The notes: generated by a model not told the origin, from the sequence alone. DNA of 32,000 nucleotides from Candidatus Nanoarchaeia archaeon (GCA_028279745.1 JANQNC010000001.1:960001-992000); one strand, 5' to 3'; shown: positions 17,451 to 24,977, counted from the stretch's first letter. Program-made: numbers and translations.

Positions 17451-18170
17451 CTAAACCTCAATTGTATTTAGTGATGGTTTTTTGTTGTTGGGTTTTAGCT
17501 CCTTGATTTCTTTCTCATATTTTCTTAGTGTTTCCTCTACTGGTGTATAGAATCTAGCAGGGCTACTTTCTCCCTTTAATGCGAATTCAAGATTATCATC
17601 TACTATCTTGTATATTTCATTTTTTGGATCAAAAGTTGTTGTATAAACCATGTTAAGATTGGGAGCTAGTATGTGATATCCCATTTCTTGCTGGTTTGAC
17701 TTATCAGAATCATTGTCGCTTTCTCTTACTTTAAGTTTCACTACTCTTTTAATTTGTGCAGTTCTATTTTCTGATTCTACGGAAGGTCTTTTGATAATTT
17801 GAAATAGATTTATACTTTTATCTTTTTGAGAAGTCATATATACGTCGCCTTCTTCAAGGTTACACAATCTGGTTTTTTCTCCGAAGTACTTTATTGCATC
17901 TGTCATTGCTTGTTCTTTATCTAAATTAAAATCAGGATCTTTTTTCTGTACTTTTATTTTAGTATTTTCTAAGAAATTGCTTATATCTGTCAGTTCTTTT
18001 TTGTTTTTAGTTTTGTTTCTTATTTCTAGGCTTTGTCTTCCATAAAAGTTTGAGATGTTGTCTAGATTTTTTGAATTTGATTCCATTACCTTTTTCATGC
18101 CGAACAATGAGCACAATCCTACAAAAGTAGCTAATGTTGCAGTTTGTAAATAATTCTTTACGCTTTTCAT
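17451..18170 (-). CDS. Hypothetical exported or membrane-anchored protein (239 aa)
   Basis: N-terminal hydrophobic signal/anchor MKSVKNYLQTATLATFVGLCSLFG. The rest is hydrophilic. 1-nt gap to the upstream gene. Confidence 0.6.
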   Translation of the reverse strand: MKSVKNYLQTATLATFVGLCSLFGMKKVMESNSKNLDNISNFYGRQSLEIRNKTKNKKELTDISNFLENTKIKVQKKDPDFNLDKEQAMTDAIKYFGEKTRLCNLEEGDVYMTSQKDKSINLFQIIKRPSVESENRTAQIKRVVKLKVRESDNDSDKSNQQEMGYHILAPNLNMVYTTTFDPKNEIYKIVDDNLEFALKGESSPARFYTPVEETLRKYEKEIKELKPNNKKPSLNTIEV

Positions 18171-18171
18171 T

Positions 18172-18426
18172 TTATTTATCTTTATTTAGTAATCTATCTA
18201 GTCCTTCTTTGTCTAATTTACCTTCTTCCATCGCTTTAAGAATAAAATTTTCAACATTTACTCCTTGTTGGAAACTGTTTATTTTTCCGTTATATAGTGC
18301 GAGTGATCCTTGTCTTATTAGACCTACAACAATCTCGTTTTTGAGATCCCTATCTGCACAATAAATAGGAAAAAATAGTTGTCTATCATTTTTTAGTATT
18401 GTAAAATATTGTGTGTACTCTACCAT
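18172..18426 (-). CDS. Hypothetical protein (84 aa), first gene of the minus-strand island operon
   Basis: ATG at 18426 (MVEYTQYF...) is preferred over the listed TTG at 18447 because GGAGAT lies 7 nt upstream. Confidence 0.5.
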   Translation of the reverse strand: MVEYTQYFTILKNDRQLFFPIYCADRDLKNEIVVGLIRQGSLALYNGKINSFQQGVNVENFILKAMEEGKLDKEGLDRLLNKDK

Positions 18427-18501
18427 TTTCTTATCTCCATCAACCAACCCCTAGTCACTTGTTAGAAGTATCAATGAAGGGTATATATAATGTATCCTTA
18501 T

Positions 18502-18525
18502 AGAATATAGTGAACACTATATTCT
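18502..18525. promoter_or_regulatory. Palindromic operator candidate, copy 1 (AGAATATAGTG-AA-CACTATATTCT)
   Basis: Perfect 11-bp arms. Lies between divergent promoters, ending 9 nt before the TATA box at 18535. The 20-nt core is identical to 19867-19886. Confidence 0.5.
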
Positions 18526-18534
18526 TTAGTAAAA

Positions 18535-18544
18535 TTTATAAATA
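18535..18544 (+). promoter_or_regulatory. TATA box (TTTATAAATA) for the regulator gene
   Basis: Centre is about 26 nt upstream of the ATG at 18566, suggesting a leaderless transcript. Confidence 0.5.
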
Positions 18545-18565
18545 AGCTCTCATATCCCCTATATT

Positions 18566-19429
18566 ATGAGAAGAAAAATCATAGAGTTAGGAAATAACAG
18601 CACGGTGATGACTCTCCCAGTAAAATGGATCAGAGAAAGGGATCTAAAGAAAGGAGACGAAATTAATGTAGAAGAAACAGCAGGCAATCTAGTAGTCTCA
18701 ACAGAAAAACAAAAAAAACAAGAAGAGATACACATAGACCTAACAAAAGCATCGAAAGAAGATATAAGAACTATAGTATCTGCAATCTACAGAAGAGGGG
18801 TAGATGAAGTTGTTCTAACCAGTAAAGAAGATTTCTCGTTCGAAGACATAAATCATGTGGTTGATACATTAACGGGGTATGTAATAACAGAAGAATCAGA
18901 TAAAAAAATAGTAATCAAAAACACAATCAGAGAAGACTTTGAAGATCTGACCTCCTTGATCAATAAACTATTCATAACCGTACACTACTTCAATGAAACA
19001 GTAATAAAAAGTCTACAAACAAAAAAACCAGACTTTGTGAAATTAGCACAACTAAAAAGATCAATAATGAGACTAAGAGACTATTGCCAAAGAATGATAC
19101 ATCTAAATGGGTATGGGGGAAACAAAAGTCCAGAATACTACATTCTAATATTCCTAGTTCACGATATAGCCTCAGATTATCACATAATCTCAAGAAACAA
19201 AAGATCACTAAAAAATAAAGTATTACTTGCAGAACTAAAAGAATACAATGGATACTTATCACAACTAAACCACGTTCTATCAAGCAGAGACTTCAAAACA
19301 GGACTAAAACTAAACGGAGACTTAAGGAAAGTGATGCTTAAGAGTCATGATAAAGATGTTCTATTATCATTGCCAGTAATTGAAGATTTGTTTACACTGT
19401 CTTCTAGAATCTTGGGAATAATCAGTTAG
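18566..19429 (+). CDS. AbrB/SpoVT-domain DNA-binding protein with a PhoU-like helical C-terminal region
   Basis: N-terminus IELGNNSTVMTLPVKWIRERDLKKGDEINVEE fits the swapped-hairpin AbrB/SpoVT pattern. The rest is helical and resembles archaeal AbrB-PhoU fusions. The PhoU part is the less certain call. Confidence 0.6.
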   Translation: MRRKIIELGNNSTVMTLPVKWIRERDLKKGDEINVEETAGNLVVSTEKQKKQEEIHIDLTKASKEDIRTIVSAIYRRGVDEVVLTSKEDFSFEDINHVVDTLTGYVITEESDKKIVIKNTIREDFEDLTSLINKLFITVHYFNETVIKSLQTKKPDFVKLAQLKRSIMRLRDYCQRMIHLNGYGGNKSPEYYILIFLVHDIASDYHIISRNKRSLKNKVLLAELKEYNGYLSQLNHVLSSRDFKTGLKLNGDLRKVMLKSHDKDVLLSLPVIEDLFTLSSRILGIIS

Positions 19430-19487
19430 TGTTTAACTTAAAAAGCAACGCTTAATATTATATATTACCAAATTTTTCTTGTTTTTT

Positions 19488-19817
19488 ATGACCGAAAGTA
19501 AAAGTATAGATGGGTTGTGCGATATTTTCTCAGTATCTGTTATGTGGGATAAATTTTTTGATCTTAGATATTTGGCTAGGGGCGATGCTTCTGCAAAAGA
19601 AAAATATGAACTAGTTCTGAGGACTTTAGTATCTTTAGAAGTGTTTTCTTATGATGCAAAAGGACATTATACAATAGAACGTGCGGGGTGTGAAGGGGGA
19701 GGATGTTATAATCCTAAGCTCGATGATAAACTATTATACATAGTAAAGGAAGAGGATAAAGATAAGATTCTTGGAGTACTTCCTCCTTTTGCAGGTGCGA
19801 TTTATCACAGTAATTAA
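19488..19817 (+). CDS. Hypothetical protein (109 aa)
   Basis: ATG at 19488 is preferred over the listed TTG at 19479. Contains CEGGGCYNP. No family recognised. Confidence 0.45.
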   Translation: MTESKSIDGLCDIFSVSVMWDKFFDLRYLARGDASAKEKYELVLRTLVSLEVFSYDAKGHYTIERAGCEGGGCYNPKLDDKLLYIVKEEDKDKILGVLPPFAGAIYHSN

Positions 19818-19866
19818 GCCTTTTCTTTATAACTAAACTTTACTGCTTTATAAATACTCTATGAAA

Positions 19867-19886
19867 AATATAGTGAACACTATATT
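19867..19886. promoter_or_regulatory. Palindromic operator candidate, copy 2 (AATATAGTG-AA-CACTATATT)
   Basis: 20-nt core identical to 18504-18523. Ends 12 nt before the TATA box at 19899. Palindrome centre to TATA start is 21-22 nt, as in copy 1. Confidence 0.5.
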
Positions 19887-19898
19887 GTATAATGATAA

Positions 19899-19908
19899 TA
19901 TATAAATA
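19899..19908 (+). promoter_or_regulatory. TATA box (TATATAAATA) for the 19970-21821 operon
   Basis: AT-rich TATA element about 65 nt upstream of the ATG at 19970, which has GAGGTGA at 19956-19962. Confidence 0.45.
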
Positions 19909-19969
19909 CTTGCTGGTGTTATTACCACCTAACAGTGACACAAATAGTGTCATGTGAGGTGAAACGAAA

Positions 19970-20158
19970 ATGAAACTAAAAGAATATGTAAAAGATTATG
20001 CGAGAGATCTTGGTAAGACAATACTGGTAACTGCTGTAATTGCAGGACCGCCAATGCTAGGCAAATACATGCGTTATGGAACATGCGTACCTAACCAAGA
20101 GGACATAACGCAGTATAATGCATCAAGATCTATCGAGAATATAGTCACAGTAGAATAA
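19970..20158 (+). CDS. Small membrane protein (62 aa)
   Basis: GAGGTGA SD 7 nt upstream. One hydrophobic helix, KTILVTAVIAGPPMLG. Confidence 0.5.
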   Translation: MKLKEYVKDYARDLGKTILVTAVIAGPPMLGKYMRYGTCVPNQEDITQYNASRSIENIVTVE

Positions 20159-20165
20159 GTGAAAA

Positions 20166-20522
20166 ATGAACGAAAAAAATCCAATGATGGGAAGATACGA
20201 GGTAATAGAACCGACAAATTCATATTTTGTGGGATTCATTTTTGGATACCCTTCAGTTGAATCAGGTTTATTTCTAAAAGAACCAAACTCTCCACTGGAA
20301 GAAGCTTTATGCTTTGAATTCATATACGAGTCTGAGACGATAAACATTCCTCGAGAGTTTCTAGATAAATTGAACGAATATGGCACTACGGAGATATATA
20401 ATCCAAAAGGTAGAGTGGGTAAAAAGTTTCTTGATCTAGAGTCAGGAAATGTAAAGCAATTTGGCACACTTACAGAACCTGCTATTTTTGCTATAAACAA
20501 CCAGTTGGATAGTAAGAGGTAG
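20166..20522 (+). CDS. Hypothetical protein (118 aa)
   Basis: 7-nt gap to the upstream gene. Normal composition, while the antisense ORF 20123-20500 has a less typical composition. No motif recognised. Confidence 0.5.
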   Translation: MNEKNPMMGRYEVIEPTNSYFVGFIFGYPSVESGLFLKEPNSPLEEALCFEFIYESETINIPREFLDKLNEYGTTEIYNPKGRVGKKFLDLESGNVKQFGTLTEPAIFAINNQLDSKR

Positions 20523-20528
20523 AATAAA

Positions 20529-21083
20529 ATGTTACAAAAAATAACCGTACCAAGACCCGAATATCTAGCAAAAGATATTGTAGAAAGTTATTTGATGAAA
20601 ACTCATAGCCCAAAAATAATAACAAAAAAAGAACTTAGAAAGAATGTATTCACAGAAATTAATAATGCTATACACAGAAGTAGAACAATCGAAAAAGGAA
20701 CTAAAACTCCAATAAAAGATCTAGTGGGTGAAGTTTTAACAGAAAAAGGTTATACGGATAGAGTTGGTGTTTATGAAAGAGAAATGCATCCAATTCTTGT
20801 AAAATGTGCAGATTTGTATGAAACAGCATACAATCTATCTATGAGATATAACCTGAGTTCTGTTGACGCACAAGAAATAGTAGAGCCAGAATACAGAGAT
20901 GCAGTTATTGCAGTAAGTAAATTCTATCAAGAAACATTACCTGCTCTAACTAATTTATCTGCACACCCTGATGATAAGAACATCACGATGGAGAACATGA
21001 TCATAAACAACAACGAAAGAATTGCAGGAGACTGGGCAGAACAATTAGGATTGGATTTGCCTAAGTTAAAAGATCCAAGGTGA
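20529..21083 (+). CDS. Hypothetical protein (184 aa)
   Basis: GAGGT at 20516-20520 overlaps the upstream stop. Helical-looking, no motif recognised. Confidence 0.55.
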   Translation: MLQKITVPRPEYLAKDIVESYLMKTHSPKIITKKELRKNVFTEINNAIHRSRTIEKGTKTPIKDLVGEVLTEKGYTDRVGVYEREMHPILVKCADLYETAYNLSMRYNLSSVDAQEIVEPEYRDAVIAVSKFYQETLPALTNLSAHPDDKNITMENMIINNNERIAGDWAEQLGLDLPKLKDPR

Positions 21084-21089
21084 GATAAA

Positions 21090-21821
21090 ATGGAAGAAAT
21101 CATAAAAGAATTGGAATATAAACTTGCAAATCCGCTGGATTTAGAGGAAAAGTTAGAATTACCTAGACTAATAGGTCATGATTCGATCGGTGTTTCAAAC
21201 ATCTTGATGTCTAAAATACATGGTGTTATTGAAGGTGGAAAAGTGCCTGCAAGTAATCTAAAGAGTTACGTGGGTCTGATAAATAATATCCAACTGTCCG
21301 TGTTTCTTTTATCACAGCATGATGAGTTTAGGTTTAGCGATTCAATTTCTAACCAGTATATGGATAATAAAAAATTAAAAGGATTATTTGGAAAATTAAA
21401 GTTAAGTAATAAAATTAAATTAGAGGTTGCTTATGAAAGTATCAAACCCTTCCTTACTGAAAATAATATATTGACATCTGTGCTTTTCAATCTTGTTAAA
21501 AATGCAAATAGCCACTGTTATGACAGGTTAAGCATGAATGTAAAAAAACATGAAGGTTTTCCAAAGCATACAGTTTTTATTCCAGAAGGAGCAGAGGAAT
21601 ATAATGATTTCATAAGTTTTGAAGTTTGTAATGATGGTCTGGGTTTTGATGAAAAGATTCCTTTGAAAGATTATTTTACAAAAACTCCTGAAAAAGGAAG
21701 CAGGGGTTTTGGATTATTTTATACAAAATTAGCTTCTAAAGTTCTCAGAGCTCCTGTAAACATAGAATCGCGTGCAGGGGATACAAAAGTATCTTTTTAT
21801 CATCCCATTTATGTTAGATGA
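21090..21821 (+). CDS. Minimal histidine-kinase-like GHKL ATPase (243 aa) with no sensor domain
   Basis: N-box LFNLVKNANSH, G1 box CNDGLGFD, G2 box GSRGFGLFYTKL. Possible H-box LIGHDSIGVSNIL with His codon at 21177-21179. AGGTGA SD at 21078-21083. Confidence 0.65.
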   Translation: MEEIIKELEYKLANPLDLEEKLELPRLIGHDSIGVSNILMSKIHGVIEGGKVPASNLKSYVGLINNIQLSVFLLSQHDEFRFSDSISNQYMDNKKLKGLFGKLKLSNKIKLEVAYESIKPFLTENNILTSVLFNLVKNANSHCYDRLSMNVKKHEGFPKHTVFIPEGAEEYNDFISFEVCNDGLGFDEKIPLKDYFTKTPEKGSRGFGLFYTKLASKVLRAPVNIESRAGDTKVSFYHPIYVR

Positions 21822-21873
21822 TTTTTTTTGAGAATTAATTATATGTATTGTGGGACTTTAATCTGAAGTATGA

Positions 21874-22043
21874 CGCCGGGAGGGGGACTTTCTCACTGAC
21901 GTTCGAAGCATTGCCGCTTCGGGCGCCAATATTTGAACCCCCGTGCCCCGAAGGACACTAGATCTTTACGAGCCATTGCAAGTCTCTGAAGAACTTTCAG
22001 CTCCTAGCAATCTAGCGCAATGGCCAGACTATGCGATCCCGGC
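21874..22043 (-). tRNA. tRNA-Ser(GCU) with two putative introns (anticodon-loop 37/38 and T-loop/T-stem junction)
   Basis: Hand fold of the minus strand:
- acceptor GCCGGGA/TCCCGGC plus G73;
- D arm GCA...TGC with a GG loop;
- anticodon stem CTAGA/TCTAG with loop TTGCTA|41-nt insert|A (insert 21964-22004);
- long variable arm GTCC-TTCG-GGGC;
- T arm GGGGG-TTCAAAT|44-nt insert|CCCCC (insert 21887-21930).
The mature length would be about 85 nt. Confidence 0.65.
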
Positions 22044-22068
22044 TTAATTAGGATGTTTTCTGAGTGTA

Positions 22069-22077
22069 TTTATAAAA
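22069..22077 (-). promoter_or_regulatory. TATA box for tRNA-Ser
   Basis: TTTTATAAA on the minus strand, centred about 30 nt upstream of the tRNA 5' end at 22043. Confidence 0.5.
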
Positions 22078-22103
22078 GTTTTTGATTATAATACTGCATA
22101 ACC

Positions 22104-22112
22104 TTTATAAAG
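22104..22112 (+). promoter_or_regulatory. TATA box for initiator tRNA-Met
   Basis: TTTATAAAG centred about 31 nt upstream of the tRNA 5' end at 22139. Confidence 0.5.
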
Positions 22113-22138
22113 AACTTGCCGTTTTCTGAATAGTATAC

Positions 22139-22213
22139 AGCGGGGTGGGGCAGTCAGGAGTGCCCGTCGGGCTCATAACCCGGAGGTCGAAGGTTCAAAT
22201 CCTTCCCCCGCTA
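22139..22213 (+). tRNA. Initiator tRNA-Met (CAU), archaeal type, no encoded CCA
   Basis: 75-nt cloverleaf folded by hand. A1:U72 pair (AGCGGGG/CCCCGCT), A73, anticodon loop CTCATAA, three consecutive G:C pairs closing the anticodon stem, T-loop TTCAAAT. Confidence 0.9.
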
Positions 22214-22294
22214 CTATTTTTACAAAACCTTAATATACATCTTATGTTCATTATTGTATTAGAAAGAGGGGTGGTAGGGACAGGAGTTTAGATA

Positions 22295-23116
22295 ATGATA
22301 AATGCGCTCACTTTTGACATAGAAGACTGGTTTCAAGTAAGAAATTTAAGTTCTAAGATAGATTTTTCTCAATGGCACTATCAGGAAAGTAGAATAGAAA
22401 AAAGCGTGTACAAACTGTTAGGTGTTTTAAGAAGAAATAATGTCAAAGCAACATTCTTTACACTAGGATGGGTGGCAGAAAAGTATCCAGACCTAATAGA
22501 AAACATATCTTTTGAAGGACACGAGATAGCATCACACGGATACAGACACAGATTAGTCTATGAAATGACTCCAGAAGAATTTGAACAGGATCTAGTAAAA
22601 TCAATAGATGTCTTAAGAGAGGTAACAAATAAAAGAGTTATAGGGTTTAGGGCCCCAAGTTTTTCAATAACTAAAAAATCATCATGGGCATTTGAGGTAC
22701 TGGAAAGAAATGGAATAAAATATGATTGTTCAGTATTTCCAATAATTCATCCTGAGTATGGGATCCCTGATGCGCCCAGAGGGATACATAATACAAATTA
22801 TGGTGTAGTAGAATTTCCCTCATCCACTTTAAGAGTTGCAGGTTTTAATCTGCCTGTGGGAGGGGGAGGCTATTTTAGGACAATGCCTTATTCTTTGACA
22901 AGAATCGCAATGAGACAGATAAACAAAAAAATGCCTGCAATGGTATACATACATCCTTGGGAACTCGACCCAAAACAACCAAAAATAAAAGCAGGACCAA
23001 TAAAGGGATTTAGACATTACACAAATTTAGATACAACTTTGCCAAAACTGAAAAGATTATTGCAAGATTTTAAATTTGATTCTGTAAAAAATATATTGTT
23101 CGGTGAGGAAGAATAA
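22295..23116 (+). CDS. Polysaccharide deacetylase (CE4/NodB fold, DUF3473-type)
   Basis: N-terminal LTFDIEDWFQV and HEIASHGYRH metal/catalytic motifs. The length and N-terminus are typical of the exopolysaccharide-locus deacetylase subfamily. Confidence 0.8.
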   Translation: MINALTFDIEDWFQVRNLSSKIDFSQWHYQESRIEKSVYKLLGVLRRNNVKATFFTLGWVAEKYPDLIENISFEGHEIASHGYRHRLVYEMTPEEFEQDLVKSIDVLREVTNKRVIGFRAPSFSITKKSSWAFEVLERNGIKYDCSVFPIIHPEYGIPDAPRGIHNTNYGVVEFPSSTLRVAGFNLPVGGGGYFRTMPYSLTRIAMRQINKKMPAMVYIHPWELDPKQPKIKAGPIKGFRHYTNLDTTLPKLKRLLQDFKFDSVKNILFGEEE

Positions 23117-23416
23117 TTATTTTTTCTTTTTAGTTTTTGTTTTACTTTTTTTTAGTTTATTCTTTATAATAACTAAGGCGAGTAAAACTGATGTAACAAC
23201 AATCCATGAAATGATAAGATTTGTAAAGGTAAGTCCTCCAAAATAGTTTATGTTAAAACCCAGAACAACTCCCAACCCAATAATGAGTGCTATCCCTAAA
23301 ACTATTGTGAGAGTGGCCTTTTCAAGTTTGTTAATTTCTTTTTTGTTGAACAAAAGAGTTGTGAATAAGTAACCAGGAATTAGGATCATTAAGATAAAAA
23401 GTAAAACTCTAATCAC
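23117..23416 (-). CDS. Small membrane protein (99 aa, 3 TM helices, poly-Lys tail)
   Basis: Hydrophobic helices. 8-nt overlap with the upstream membrane protein gene. No family assigned. Confidence 0.5.
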   Translation of the reverse strand: MIRVLLFILMILIPGYLFTTLLFNKKEINKLEKATLTIVLGIALIIGLGVVLGFNINYFGGLTFTNLIISWIVVTSVLLALVIIKNKLKKSKTKTKKKK

Positions 23417-24977
23417 TTAGATCACCTCTTTTATAGATGAATAAACTGTCGTTTTGGACTAATTCAAATGTTGAACAATTAAGTGGGTTATGTGTGATTA
23501 TGAAATCTATATCTCTAATTTTTTGAGGTGTGCTGTTTGGCGGACAGCTTTCGTTAATAAACAGTTCAATTGGTTTTCCATCTATTTTATTTATTCTGGA
23601 AATTAAAGGATAGCTATCTGTACTGGCGTAAATTGCGTTTGTAAGCTTAAAGTCAGGTGAATAAACAAGTTTTTTTTCTCCAAATCTTTCTTTGAAAGTC
23701 ATTAAGCTATCATATTCTGAACCCGAAACTGGTTCGTATAACTCAACCCCTTTAGGGGTCGTGTAATAGTTGAAAAAAGAGTAGAACAATATGAGTCCAA
23801 AGATAATTATTTTTATTGTGTTTATACTGGCTTCTTTTACTTTTTTCTTTAACATAAACTGTTTGAACTCACTAAAGAAATATTGAAGTCCGATTGCAGA
23901 AAAGATGACTGATACTAGCAAAGCATAATATATTATTCTTCTTTGAGATGCAAACAAAGTAAACTCAAAAAATTGGTATGTAAGAAGGAAAAAGAAGGTG
24001 AACCCTAACCAGACCAGGAATATTCTGTATTTTTTATCTTTTAATGCAGTAAAGAATCCTGCAACACCTAACATGGATAGAACGATGCCATATTGGGTGA
24101 TGAAATTGTACTTTATGTGTGGTCCTGGACCGTAGTTAAAGAAAGATATCTTATCTAACACGACACCAACTGCTTTTCCGAAGTTTGAGAAAATGAAACT
24201 TATAAGGTTAGGTAGGTTATTTAGATTGTTTATCAGAGAACTTTTTATTGTAAGAATTATAAGTATAATTAACGAAATGCTAACTATGCCTGCGGTAATT
24301 AGTTTTTTGTGTCTTTTTACAAACTTTTTATTTGTGAAGATAAAAATTGCAGCGATAATGAGTGCGATCATGCCTGTGCTTGGATGCACAATGAACATAG
24401 TCAAGAAAAGAATAGCTGAAACGATCAAAAATTTATTATTGTTTTCTTCAACACCTCTCTTAACCGAATGTATGAAAAAATAGATGAATGCAAAAGAAAA
24501 AGTTAAAGGGATAAAAAACCAACTACCCAGTATGTTAACATTACTTTTTAGGCTTGCAAAAAATAACATTGCAAAAATTCCAGTGTAAAAGTCCTTAGTC
24601 AAGTGGAGCACTATCGTGAAAAGTATGAACGCAGTTATGCATGCAAATAACGCTGCAAGAAACTTATAATCAAGAACGGGATCAAGATCAGTAACTAAAA
24701 AAAGTTCTGCTAAGAAGATGTGAAAACCAGATTCATAATGCGGAGTTATCACTTCGTTTTCAGATCTACTAACAAAATTTTGATCAATAAACCTGTAACT
24801 GCCCTCTTCATTAATCTTTTTTGCATAAGAAACATGATCCCACTCATCAAGATGATAGATGTAATCATAGTCAAGATGTATCTTGAAGTTCAGTAAGAAT
24901 ATGAAGACCACTACTAATGAGAACACTATAACTTTTGTAGCCTTATTATTCATATCTTTATGCTTTGTGCTCATCAT
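23409..24977 (-). CDS. Polytopic membrane protein, possible GT-C-fold glycosyltransferase
   Basis: 522 aa with about 12 TM helices, an acidic DEWDH motif in the first external loop and a C-terminal soluble domain. The functional call is weak. Confidence 0.45.
   Translation of the reverse strand: MMSTKHKDMNNKATKVIVFSLVVVFIFLLNFKIHLDYDYIYHLDEWDHVSYAKKINEEGSYRFIDQNFVSRSENEVITPHYESGFHIFLAELFLVTDLDPVLDYKFLAALFACITAFILFTIVLHLTKDFYTGIFAMLFFASLKSNVNILGSWFFIPLTFSFAFIYFFIHSVKRGVEENNNKFLIVSAILFLTMFIVHPSTGMIALIIAAIFIFTNKKFVKRHKKLITAGIVSISLIILIILTIKSSLINNLNNLPNLISFIFSNFGKAVGVVLDKISFFNYGPGPHIKYNFITQYGIVLSMLGVAGFFTALKDKKYRIFLVWLGFTFFFLLTYQFFEFTLFASQRRIIYYALLVSVIFSAIGLQYFFSEFKQFMLKKKVKEASINTIKIIIFGLILFYSFFNYYTTPKGVELYEPVSGSEYDSLMTFKERFGEKKLVYSPDFKLTNAIYASTDSYPLISRINKIDGKPIELFINESCPPNSTPQKIRDIDFIITHNPLNCSTFELVQNDSLFIYKRGDLSD

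Noticed and set aside
16588-18447. Listed starts at 17085 and 18447 (TTG), and plus-strand ORFs 16683-16877, 16967-17170, 17128-17454, 18134-18364
   Set aside because: Internal ATGs at 17034 and 18426 have SD-like motifs and remove gene overlaps. The plus-strand ORFs are F/L/S-rich antisense artefacts.
18990-20500. Minus-strand ORFs 18990-19283 and 20123-20500
   Set aside because: They are antisense to the AbrB-type regulator and to the SD-led, tightly spaced plus-strand operon. 20123-20500 would also run across two plus-strand genes.
16333-21873. Search for an integrase, transposase, capsid or replication gene in the island
   Set aside because: None of the island proteins shows tyrosine-recombinase (R-H-R-Y), DDE or Walker-type replication motifs that I can recognise. 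The island is therefore not called a mobile_element feature.
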